Positions 1 to 12,314 of a stretch of 64,000 nt of DNA are shown here, piece after piece. The translations under genes and the position numbers were made by a program. The stretch covers positions 1,983,286-2,047,285 of the forward strand of contig NW_018404940.1 of the NCBI RefSeq assembly GCF_002113885.1. The letters are read 5' to 3'. Within the stretch, counting starts at the first letter, position 1, and each line of letters begins with the position of its first letter. Under the pieces are notes generated by a model that saw only the letters and a list, made by a program, of their open reading frames with translations, made no database searches and had not been told where the DNA came from. Origin of the DNA: Mizuhopecten yessoensis (Eukaryota).

Positions 1-722
1 AATGTCACAGGGTGTCAAGATGTTTAAAATCTTTAAACGACTTCCTCTGAATAACCAAGAGATCCAGGGTGAAGATATTTGGCCAGAAGCATGCTGATAT
101 AAAGTGTGACCAAGTTTGTTCAAATGAATGACCTTCACCCTTATTCAAGGTCACACAGGTCAACTGTCTGAAAAAAACCTTTATACGACTTCCTCTGAAC
201 AATCAAAAGGCCTAGGCTAATGATATTCGGCTAGTAGCATGCTCAAATAAGAAACTTTGAAGAGTGCTCTAAAGAATAATCTTCATCCGTATTCCAGGTC
301 ACAGGTGTCAAATATGTTGAAAACTTTAAACAACTTTTTCTAAATAACCAAAAAGCAAGGGTGATGATATTAGGCCAGATATATGCTGGGTTGAAGGGCT
401 ACCAAGTTTGTTCAATGAATGACCTTGGATTATATTCAATATATATATATGTAAAAATAACCCTTTAAATGACATATTCTTGATAATCAAAATGCAAAGA
501 ATGGTGATAAGTGACTACTAGCATCCTCAGATGAAGAGCTCTCAATATTGTTCATGTGAATGACCTTGACAAACTGTCAATGTCACATCTGGTCAATTGT
601 GTATAAATATTTGAATGTCATCTTCTCAATAAACAAAATATATAAGGTACTGATATTTGGTAAGTTGCAAAGTATTTGAGTCCAATACCAGGTGAGCAAT
701 GCAGGCCCATTGGTCCTTTTTT
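1..722 (+). mobile_element. Partial mirror copy of the HINE-like element
   Basis: Ends with CAGGTGAGCaatgcaGGCCCATTGGTCC followed by a T run; reverse complement of 37604-38326. Confidence 0.65.
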
Positions 723-2293
723 TTTTTATATAAAAAGTGTTATTTACATGCGGTAAATAACCGGCAAAAAATATAATTTAACATTGTCATTATACATGTA
801 TATATCACGAGATACTTTTAGTAAAACAATATTGTCTTTTATATTTTCAATGAAAAACAATCGAAGATCTAATGAAAATAACAATGCCACCACCTTTACC
901 TTGCAATCTATGGAAAATACATGTCTCATAACCTACTAATTCAACAGCATCTTGTTTATTGACCCAGCAATCATACCAGCAGACAATAATATGATTATTT
1001 ACAATATTAACGAAGTCTTGATATTCAAACTTTTCAGGAGACCTACATATGTTTCAAGACGTAATGGGAAAACACTCCACACTACCGTGATATGGATTGT
1101 GAGGTGCGGCTCCTCGTGAACCGATTTTATGTCCTGGTGCTCATGTTACTTTTAAAACTGACATTATCGTATACGTAAATAAGATTTATCTGCTCTGCGA
1201 ATTTACTTCTGCATGAGGTAGCAGAGTACAGTAGAAATGGCTTGACCCTAAAAATAAAGGGCATGTCTCGGATAAACATGGATAGCGGATTCATCCTGCA
1301 CAACACACCTACATATATATATATATATATATTTATAAACAACATTTTAAATACGTTATTTTTAGAAGAATGAATATTTTTATTTTTTTTAAAGTGATTT
1401 CCCCCGATTTGCGACTTGTGAAAACCATGGTTACCACATCAAAAAACGCCAAAAAATGCAAAAAAAGCATGATGTTTAACCCAAAATTTGACCCAAGCAA
1501 GTAGTATTGCTTTCTTAAAACCCGTCTTTAATTATATATCACCTACTCGGTCACAGAAATACTCACGTTTTAGCATAGGTTGCAAACTGGAATTTTCACA
1601 ATATTTACACATGTGCGGAGTACAAAAATAGACTACATGAAAAGCTACCTTTTGTTGTGTAGACACAGATTCGTAAATGGCCAAAAATGTAGTCTCAAGC
1701 CAAATTCGATTTTTTTTAAAATGTGAAGCCCACATAGTCCAATTCATCATGCATATGCCAATTTTAGAGATGATGTTTTTTTTAACTTCTGATACATGTA
1801 ATATAACAGGGGTTATTCATTGTATAAAAATATCACCCATGGTCACCGTACGCTACTGTACACTGCTACCTGAATTGCTATGAAACAACTGCGCGTTCGT
1901 TGTTGACCGTTCCCGTTGGTTGATAATCGGGAATAGGAAGTACACCAAATGACTGTGAACTGTTTGGCTTGTCATATTGCTTAGAGGGAATATTTGAATT
2001 ACTATTGACCTTTCATGGTCCATGAACTTCAGCCACAACTACAAAGGTCTGATTGCTTGGCGAGGCTGTTTCCCGACTAAAGCATGAGTGGAATGATCAT
2101 GAGGTGATGGTTCCGCTGCTAAAGCTTGAGAAGGGAGAGTCGGAAACGAATCAGACATTATATTAGCTCACCTGTCTTCCATTGGAGACGACGACATGAG
2201 TTGCCGTTAAGGCTGTCTACTGTTTCGCAGTGTATTAAAGTCAATTAGCGGAGCCTGCACAGCATATATGCAAGAACCACGTTTAAGTCTAGA

Positions 2294-3142
2294 TTATATC
2301 TGTTGTCTTTCTAGAAAACTCAGTTCTTCGTGTAATGCCTCAGTAGGACCATTGAACAACCTGCCGTAAACAGTATTATCTCGAACTAGTTTTACACTGC
2401 AACCGTTAGTTCTGTATCGTTTCATTACATGCAAAAGAGGCTTGCGACGCTCTTCAATCTTTCGAGGAAACTGTTCACTTATACCAAACTGGATACCGCG
2501 AAGGAGGTAGCCTCTTTCCAACACTGCTTGTCGATAAGCGTGATAAATAAATCTTGTCGATAAGCGAGCAGTTATTGGACGTTTCCTACTAAGGATGCAT
2601 TTCTTGATACCATGCACATTGCCAAATGCTATGGTAACATGTTATCCAAATTCGTTCCATATAAATTCCTTGAGCTTGTCTTCAGTATTTTCATTGTATT
2701 GTTCCCGCAGACCAGTGAAAACTAAGTTCTTCTTCATGGAACGGCACAGGAGGTCTTTTACAACACTGAGAGTTCTTTAACTTCTTCCTGAGGGAATGAA
2801 ACTCACTGTCCTTATATCTGCGATGTTCCTCCACTTGACTGTCCATTCGTCTAACCGTTAGCTCGCTGGCCTCTGTTCTTGTCTTTACATCCTCATAGAG
2901 GTTACTCCTATTCTGCGCTGATGTTCCTAGTTCTCTCAAACGGTCTTTATCTCACATTCCAAACCAATCACTTTACATGCTAGAGAAGTCACCGAAAACT
3001 CAAACTTGTCTGTGTTTTTCTCTGTTACGTTTGCTCCTAAACCGGTTACCAATCGACTGTCCATCCTCTGAATCATTGCAATGACGATCTCTGATGTAGC
3101 AGTACCACGCAGGGCCCCTTGGGCCTCTCGAAAATCTTTCAA
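2294..3142 (-). mobile_element. Mirror copy of the decayed ORF1-like sequence
   Basis: ORFs 2294-2617, 2691-2939 and 2936-3142 mirror 35165-35993. Confidence 0.55.
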
Positions 3143-3958
3143 TTCTATACTTATGTCTTATGAAAAGTTATTTTTACACAACCAATACAATTTTCTATGT
3201 GACGTTTCGATGACTAGTACGATATATACACTGTCACCTTCATCAGACAAAAACAATTCTGATGAAGGTGACAGTGTACATATCGTATTAGTCATCGAAA
3301 CGTCACATTTAACATTTCATTGGTTGTGTAAAAAGAACTTTTCATAAGACATACTTCCCAACATGAGGAAAACGTTTAGCTATACTAATGTCCATATGAG
3401 CTCCAGAAGACCGTGACGAATGTACAGGGAAGCACACGGGTAACAATGTAATGAAAAGGGCTATATATATAATGCATAGCACAAAGTGAATAGATAGCAC
3501 ACATTTTCCTACAGCCAGAGTTGCCACGAAAATCACAAAAGGTAAAACATCACGTCTTTCTATAGTTGACATCAAGGTCATATATAAATATATATGTCGT
3601 TCTTTTTGTCGACCCTACTAGGTACGTCTGGCTGACAAAGTACCCGAAACTTTATCTTTTAATTATATTTTCACATTTACAAAACCCCATTAACCATTTT
3701 GTCTTTAGTCACAATAGGGCATACATGTATCTATTTTTAACATTCTACTGGATAAACAACATTCGTACTGAAGGTCATTTAATAGAACGAAAGGTAAGCC
3801 GCCCTGCATTTAGATCGTCGACTGAGCTCGTAGTGCTTCCATTTGACGTAACCGGGGAGATAATTGTATACATCGTCTGCGGTCGCGCCTTATAGTTTGT
3901 CTGTATAGGTCACAGTTGCAATTATATTGTCAGTTTTCAGTGTGTGTTTCGAAGCAAC

Positions 3959-6794
3959 ATGGATTTCGGCTCGTCTCTCAGCTTTAACACTGTGACAGTG
4001 GCTATCGTTGTTGTATTTTTGATCCTGCTAGTCAGTCGGACACTACAATGGCCTGCCAATGTCCCGCCCGGCCCATCTGGCTATCCTATCATAGGAAGCT
4101 AACCTCCCGGAAAAACGAAGTTCCACAGCGGAGAGGGAACGGAAGGTTGTTGGTCATGTTGTGAGAAATGGTTGAGGAAAGCGGCTGAGGTACATGTAGT
4201 AGAGCTGGTAGGGTCATTGATTTCAAGTACAGGAGGGTATAAATACGATTGACGTGGTTGATAAATGTAATAAAGACAGCACCTCGCCGATATATCTGAA
4301 GATGGGTCTAGTATAAGTTGTAAAACTTGATTCCAAATTACATTTCAACAGTTATGTATTGCTTTATATTATATTATATTATACCGTAAATGAGATAAGG
4401 AATGAAATTAAGTAAATATCAAAGATTCTTGTGAAGTTTCGGAATACAATACGAACGAGGCAGGTCCGTATCGATATCATGAATGGGTATCAGAAACGAT
4501 TTCTTTTATACATGAAGCGCGATAAGAAAATATGGAAAGTGTATAGGTATTGTTTCCTTGGTTATCAAGCAAGCTTAGTTCTGTTTCCGCAAGCAGGCAG
4601 TGTTATAGGTTTTGCAGACAGAATTAAAATATTTGATGTTCTCTCTGTAGACAAAAATACACTCGAATCAAGCAGATTGTTGAGTTTGGTTGGGACAGTC
4701 GGGTAAGGAAGCACAGACTTTTTTGGCTGATGGACGTGGTAGACTTGACCCATTCTGAAAATAAATCCAATCAGCATGCTCTCGATGTAGCCCTATGGTT
4801 TAGTATACATGTACGGCCTAATAGATGCTATTTAAATTACTTAGTTAAAGACGGAATAAAATAACCTGACAAAAGAAAACGTTACTTTAGAAAATAAGTA
4901 TTTACATGGTAGCATGTTTGGATAAATGAATGTCGTCCCATCGTGCAGAGAGAATGGTCACTTTTTCATAATTTGCTAGCCTACTTTCGACTGATATTCT
5001 ATGAGTGCCAAATCTGATCAGGGTGAGACATGGTAATCGAGGAATGACACCTTACTTTGAGTTACTTCGGAATACAAGAACGTTTTACGTGGAGGGGGAT
5101 CATCTGATTTGGTCTCTGAACTTTTGATATTTCGAATTTTCTGGACCACAAAATTGTTAATCGTTGTGGTATTAGCATTGTTCAATGTAAGCTTGACTGT
5201 TGAACTAATGTGTAATACAGGATACTTTCCACTCCGGACAAAATCATCTTTTGTTTATCTTAATTTTGTGTAATGGTCGGGTGGCGCAGTGAAAAGCGCA
5301 CCTGCATCCGGGCCAACATAAGTGATTAATATAAGTTTTATAACTTGCTTATGTCTTTATAGGTATTGGTTTCGCCTCCGGTGATCACTGGAAACAAACA
5401 CGGACTTTTTCTCTGTCGACACTTCGGAATTTTGGATTTGGAAAGAAGTCTTTGGAATCAAGAGTCCAAGAAGAAATAGAAGCTTATTTGGATATCATTG
5501 AACAACAAAACGGGCAATCTTACAACATAAAAGAAATGACAACCATGGCCATATCAAATATCATATGCAGTATTACGTTCGGAAACCGATTTGAATACAC
5601 TGACGCAAAATTCAAACGACTAACGTCACTTTTTGCTGAGAACTTAAGGTTAAATTCGGTTGGAGGGGCCATACGATCATTTCCAGGTGTACGATTTCTT
5701 CCTGGAGATATGTTCAATGTAAAGAAGTTAATTCAAAATTTCACTGATATCAAATGTTTTGCTCTTGAACAAATAGCCGAGCATCGAAAAACGTTTGCAG
5801 AAGAAAATCAGCGAGATTTTATTGATGCGTTTCTGAGACAACAAATCAAACATGACGAAGATGATCCGATATTTGATGGTAGGTGTAACAAAGATATATG
5901 GTTAGATTGTTGATGAAGAAAAGATTATTATCATTTTACGTGTGTGATTTTCTTCATTTAAAAACATTTGACATAACTAAAATCATTGTTTGAAATATAT
6001 AATAATAACAACCGTATGTCCATATTAGATTCTTAGAAGGTACCAGAAATATGTGTATTAAAAATGTAAAGATACATTATAGTTTTGATAACTATTGAAA
6101 TTTTGGATTTTTTTTATGAAAGATGATTCATTAAAGCCGTATTAAAACCTTATACACAACACCTTGTACCATTCTTCAAATCATAGCAAAAAATTACCAT
6201 GCTTTTCTTTTCCCTATTTACCCTTTTGACTTTTTCCGGAGACAAACGATTAATTTTATTGTCTTTTGTCTTTTCACTCGTGTAAGCATGATGTCAAATA
6301 ATCCAGTATTTCTTACGCCTGACATTATTTTCATATTCTGTATGTCTATAGATATGAACTTAGCAACAGTCGTCATCAATCTGTTCCTTGCTGGGACTGA
6401 AACAACAGCTACCATGATCCGCTGGGCGATAATTTACCTTATTCACAACAAACCTATCCAAGATAAGCTCCGACAGGAGATAGAAACTGTGGTCGGGACG
6501 TCAAGGATTCCGTCACTCGGCGACAAACCCTCCATGCCTTACTACGAAGCATTTATAACAGAGGTTTTCCGAATGGGCAACATCGCTCCACTGTCTGTGC
6601 CTCACGGAGCCTAGAAGGATATCCAGTTCCGAGGCATGCTAATCCCAAAAGGGTCGGTCATTATGGCAAATCTTGACTCGGTTATGACTGATCCAGACCT
6701 GTTTGAGAATCCGGATAGGTTTCAACCTGAGAGATTTCTAGAAAGGACCGACAAATGAACGGCAAAGAAAGGACTGTAATGGCTTTCTCTCTAG
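3959..6794 (+). pseudogene. CYP2-like pseudogene, inverted duplicate of the 30428-34327 copy
   Basis: Exon 1 is truncated after 47 codons (TAA 4100-4102) by a 286-bp deletion. Exon 2 (5363-5878) is open. Exon 3 (6352-6794) has TAG at 6612-6614 and a 1-nt deletion near 6740. Exon 4, which carries the heme Cys, is deleted. Confidence 0.88.
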
Positions 6795-7915
6795 GTACTT
6801 ATATATTCTTGTTTGTTTGCTTGCTTTTTATTTATGAACATATATATATATATATTTATTTATTGTTAGTATACTTTTGTTTATTGACGTAAAGACTAAT
6901 TTGGATGTTTGGCCACTAGCATCACCGGTGAGTCGTAGAAGGAACATCTGTATGATGACATGTAATTCGTTTTTGGCATATTATATCTATTACTAAAGGT
7001 GTAATCACTTGTATGTGCGTGTCTTACGTGTTCATATGAAGATACAAGGTAGTAGACTGATGTCTCCGATTGTTCCTTTAACAGAGGTTGTGACAGTATA
7101 TAATGATACTCATTATTAATTTGAAATGAACCAGTACTCCTTTAATTTTTAATTCATATAATTAAGAGATTTACGCACTCCCCCCCCCCCCCCCCCCCCC
7201 CCCATGGTTTGCAAGTTAATAAAATGCATAGAAACTCTGTAAGAGGAAAAACAAAGTTGTATCACTTATAACTTTTAATTATTTATAGTGTTATGATTAT
7301 ACTCCATCGTTGTTTATCCAACCAAGCAAATTGTCAATGATCTTGATATCCCTTTTACCCAACATTTCAAACTGATCCAGTCATTTAATCTTTGAATAAG
7401 GTGGTTTGACTAACGACGCTAGACAATATACAATGGTTAAGGCATGGAAAGATGTGATAGCATGAGACTTGCACTGATAAGTGCAAACATTTTAAATAAT
7501 TTGAACTACAAATCCAACAAATATTTACAACGAAGCCATTTAAAAAGTACAAGAAAAATAAGACCAGATGTCTTCGGTTATGTAATAATACGATGTTTTA
7601 TCACATAGTGTACTGTGTTATCCAGTGAATATACCCATTTCATACTTGTTTGCGTTTTAACCAATGTAATATGACCTATCAGCCCCCTGATTGGTTGTAA
7701 GTTTCAAGTGTGACGTCACGCCTAGGACAAGTACAGGACATCACAGACTTACGCATTGGAGTCAAAACGGCGACTTTTTACATTTCAAGGTTACATGAAT
7801 AAATGCCACAAATTCTGATTATGTGATGAAAAGGATCTTACAGTCATATTCATTTCATATGCAATTCATATAACTCGTCTCGAATTTTTCATTTTAGCCC
7901 GTTAAATTATTTAAT

Positions 7916-8190
7916 AATGACAGTTTTATAGTTACTGTGTTATACAATGATAACAGTTTTTTATTTACATGTTTTACAATGATAACATCTTTATAGTTAC
8001 TCTGTTATAAAGTGATAACAGTTTAATAGTTGCAGGTTTTACAATGATAACTAACAGCGTTATAATTACTCTGTTATATAATAATAACAGTTTTATAGTT
8101 ACTCTGTTATGTAATGATGACAGCGCTATAGTTGCTCTATTATACCATGATATCAGTTTTACAGTTTCTCTGTTATACAATGATAACAAA
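7916..8190. repeat. Degenerate 33-bp minisatellite, present only in the left arm
   Basis: About 8 copies of AATGATAACAGTTTTATAGTTACTCTGTTATAC; absent at the corresponding site near 28830-28850. Confidence 0.8.
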
Positions 8191-8996
8191 TTTAAAGCTA
8201 CTCCGTTTTTAAACTCGGGTAAAACTACGGTGGCAACCTCTATCGAAATCATGACTGCTAACAAGAAGAAATTTAAGCGAAACCAAGTGAAATTCACTTG
8301 TCAGAACCAGACACCGATGCATTTCCTATTGGAGTGCAGTGTACTGCAGGATAGAAAATAGCAATTTCATCCCTAAGACGAAACTGAAGGAGAAAAGCAA
8401 TATGCGCAGTATTCCTAAGAAGACATGCTGCAACTACGAAACATTTTAAACAAGGATTTTTCCCCTTTTTCTTTCAATTTTTAATACCACTAAGTCAAAA
8501 ATGGACGACTGAAGGCGGATATAGTTTAATGAATAATTATGTTATTTGACTTTCAGAATCGTCTCTTTAATATTTTTTACACATGCTTCGTATTTGTAGT
8601 GATTATATTCAATTATGTTTTGTTCTTGTTGTTTTATGTGACTTACATTATGTGGTCTAGTGGATGGTGCGTTGTAATGTTAAACAGTTATATTAAATGA
8701 ATAATTCATACCTTTTCATCTCATCAACTGTCTAGTATACACTTACTAAATACTAAATGTTCTCTCTTGTTGCTAGATAAGTAGATTTATTTAGTGCGTG
8801 ATCTAATATGGTCGTATAAACACAACACAACACATGTGTATGTAATCACTTTAAGTATCATTGTCCCACTACATTGAAGTTATTCGTACATACAGTAACC
8901 TCTTCTTACTTTCGTTTTAGATATAACTAGCACAGATGGGTCAGGCCACTTTCGTTTTAGATATAACTAGCACAGATGGATCAGGACACTTTCGTT

Positions 8997-9066
8997 GACT
9001 AGGCAGCTCAGTCGGTTTAAGCGACAATATAACAACAAAGTTCAGGGCTCGAATTCCGGTCTAGTC
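8997..9066 (+). repeat. Degenerate tRNA-derived repeat (SINE head or solo TRIM LTR); mirror copy at ~28004-28073
   Basis: GACTAGG...TCTAGTC acceptor-like stem, A-box-like CAGCTCAGTCGG and B-box-like GGCTCGAATTCC; no intact anticodon arm. It is preceded by a 40-bp tandem duplication (8908-8987). Confidence 0.55.
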
Positions 9067-10529
9067 CAACTTTTGTTTTCAATCAGAGTACTGTTATTGA
9101 ATATTGTTTCGTCGTTCGGAAGTGCGGCTTCCAGTTCACAGTTTTTGTTTTGGCAGTGGTATGAGTATCCTGAAGTTTACATCAACTATGAGTAATGTTA
9201 TACATCAAAGACGTTATGCTTTAAAAAAAGCCAAATAACGAGTTATATCACCTAGGAATATGAAAAGGCCAACCGGGGTAAGATAGTTAGTGTAGAGATG
9301 TAAATAGTTTCGCTTTACCACCACATCGCTTCATAACTTTGATATCTGAAGTGGGATAATTTTGTTTAGGATATACATCTTGAAAAGCACTCATATCTTT
9401 ATCAATAAGTTGGGTAAATTATGTTCAAAAGCTTTTCTTGTTTATTCTCTATGTGTTTCAAACAAAAATATCGATGTCATTCATCAACGGTATTAGACAA
9501 CGACCCAGACAACTGTGATAATGATATGGTATACACACCGCCTCGGTAATACAACATACCTAAATACATATACTAATTGTAAAAGCAAACACGGATTCAT
9601 GGAAAATTCATGTGCCAAGGGCTAAAGTACTTCATTTGTACTTAATACTTCCATCACAGCAATTTTTTATACCATAATTGACATATCAATATCAGTGGCA
9701 CTAAACTTTACTCTTTGCATGTGATTAAAACGTTGCCATGTCATCAATATTATTCTTCATTTTGGGAATATGTATGTATTAAAGTAATATAATATATAAA
9801 TAAATGTACGCATCAAACGTGTTGCAACGTTTCAACGTGTCCCTTCGGCAAGCGTTATCCATAATCAAAGCTTGACAAAGAGACCAGTCGGTCTTGAAGC
9901 GTTACGACACGTTTGATACGTCCATTGTTTGTGTACACGTTTGATAAAAAGAATCTGTCATGTATTTGATCATGATTTTATCAGATAGAACAGTCAGATA
10001 TGTTTCTCTCTCTATTCTATCCACAGGCACCTTTCTTTAATTCAGACTTTTCTGTATGGAAACCACAGACCTGATATCAACATGCATACAAAGTACCCTG
10101 ACGGTGGTCGAGATATTCATCATAGGTGCTTGACGATGTAATAAGATTACAACTGATTTCTTTTACTTTTCACAGATGAACGTCATCTAGTTTGCTGACT
10201 GAATGCACACGATTAAGTATAACCGGTTGACTGATATAGAAAGTAACCAAAAGTAGCAATACAATACAATAGTATTCAAAACACTAGTTCCATGAACATA
10301 TTGTGTCTTTCTACATTTTGTTTTGATTGGACAACTGAAAACTGCTTTTGAAAAGGCCTTTAAAGTGATAATCGTTGATGCGTGCAAAATCACCATTACG
10401 CTTTCTATCTTTGAAATAGTGAAATATTGCCGAATATCATAAGGATGTCATCTTTGAATAAAACACAACATATGCGCATAAGAAAGATACGTGAACCACC
10501 TCAATATTTGGGTAGAAAGAATTTACAGA

Positions 10530-11500
10530 ATAAACATGTTTTAGTATCGGATTTGACAGTTATGCAAACTAGGTTGACTACATGCCATAAATGAATCTGT
10601 CGAGTATTCTGCCCAACCAGTTCTTTTCTCCGTTGCCATCCAATGTTTCGAATGCGCATACACTCGGAAACCGTATCTGTTCCGAACGAACAAACCCGGG
10701 TTCCTGGGAGCGTTGAACCAGTCACCGTTCAGTAGTAATTTTGTAGGAGTGTCTCCATTTTTCGGTAACGATTTTGAATCCATATAATATTTCCGTACAA
10801 TTTAACGTGCCAGCGCTAGCTGGAAATGACTACCTTACCACCAGTCGCAACACCGTCTTCGGTCTCTTTCGGTCTCTTTGCAATATTTAATGCGTACCCT
10901 TTCATTTTAAATAGAACCGTTAAAATGTTGGAAAAACTCAAGGAAAGAAAACGTCTATTAGCGTTGTGTTCCCATAACAATATCTTTTATAAGTTTAACA
11001 GTTACTGCTCCTAAGAGCGTGCCTTCCTGCAGTCCACAGACTGCACCAACCTTGCGACAGGACTCCATGATGTATTTAACCAAACTTGCAACCTCCTTCA
11101 AGCAACAAGGTGAAAAGGAAAACTTTTCCAAAATAAACATTTATAATCAATTTGACAATCTGTATTTACATCCTGTCCCGTTGATAAAATATTTCGTCGC
11201 ATGTTCCATTTTCTGCCGAACATTTTCCAGGTATCTTTCTGAAGGTTATAAAATATGGTGACAGGGCAGACAAAAGAAGTAGCATGCTGTTCCTTATTAT
11301 GTCTCTGAAAGTAATCCCCCGTTAGCCCAGATGCAATGATGTGTTCGTCGAACCGCACTTTCTTGAAAAGTTCAGTCTGGATGTGAAATGGGCCTTCTAT
11401 AAAATCAAATTGAATGCACGCGTGTTAAGACATATTGTAGCCGTCTTGTACCACGGGGTATAATTCTTGTACACCACTTGAAAAAAATATTATTTTCGTT
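10530..11500 (-). pseudogene. Fukutin-related protein (FKRP/LicD-family nucleotidyltransferase)-like pseudogene
   Basis: Frameshifted pieces read PCCLKEVASLVKYIMESCRKVGAVCGLQEGTLLGAV...W, matching the FKRP/LicD pattern PPCCL...EGGSLLGAAR...PWD. A C-terminal APRNPGLFVRNRYG resembles FKRP APNNYRRFLELKFG. Multiple stops and frameshifts; no intron seen over ~1 kb. Confidence 0.62.
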
Positions 11501-11687
11501 TGATTTATGGTAGTAAAATTTCTTAATCTTTATAACGTTAGTTAGTTAACCTCCAGGAAAACCTACACTTTAAACACATTGGCTCTCCGATATAAACAAT
11601 GACCGTAATGATAACCGGAACCGAATATGGACTCAAAACAATAGAGAAGGATTTTCCAATAGACATTTCTCATTTTGAGTAGCATAC

Positions 11688-12134
11688 CTTTAAATAATGG
11701 ACCATCCTCACCATGGTTAGTTTGTTCTCGAAGAAAGGCATCAATGAAATCTCGTGGATTCTTTTCTTCTAGCGTTTTCCGGTGCTCATCAATTTGATCA
11801 ACGATAAAACATTTTATATCCTTTAAATTCTTAATCATTTTCTTTATATTGAACATGTCTCCGGGAAGGAATCTTACTCAAGGAAGAGATCATATGGCCC
11901 CTGCAACCGAATTCAAAAGAAAGTTCTCAGCGAAAAGGAAAGTGATTTTCTTGAATTTTGCATCAGTGTATTCGAATCCGAAAGTAATACTGCATACGAT
12001 ATTTGATACGACCAAGACGGTCATTTCTTTTATGTCGTAAGGTTGTCCCTTTTGTTTTTCAATAATATCCAAATAAGCCTCTATTTCTTCTTGGATTCTT
12101 GATTCCAAAGATTTCCTTCCGAATCCCAAATTCC
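11688..12134 (-). pseudogene. CYP2-like exon 2 fragment
   Basis: Translates NLGFGRKSLESRIQEE...[10 protein letters not shown]...LFK with a GT donor at 11687. It has two in-frame TGA codons near 11878-11892 and a 2-codon deletion (ITFG-FEY); the 5' end of the exon is missing. Confidence 0.85.
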
Positions 12135-12314
12135 AAATTGCCAACAGGCAAATTATCAAATAAATTAATCTTTGTATGAACACATGTTCATTTTCTGCTT
12201 ACAAAAAGAACTAGTTTTGATTGAAAAGACTCTCAATAATGAGCAAACGACATTTTGAATTTCTATTGTGAAAGACAAATTTCAAGCAGTTACACGTACC
12301 TTGAAACACAGGTG

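Larger units (their letters stand above)
1..11530. repeat. Left arm of large inverted segmental duplication (runs off the window start)
   Basis: Reverse complement of 25491-38326 throughout. Position 1 pairs with 38326; homology stops at TCTTAATCTT (11521-11530) / AAGATTAAGA (25491-25500). Confidence 0.95.

Noticed and set aside
1-722. Dense TGACCT motifs as hormone-response elements
   Set aside because: They are part of the HINE-like element's internal tandem units.
3081-3895. Hydrophobic ORFs conserved in both arms (mirrors at 34726-35226)
   Set aside because: The conservation only reflects the duplication; there is no recognisable domain or splice structure.
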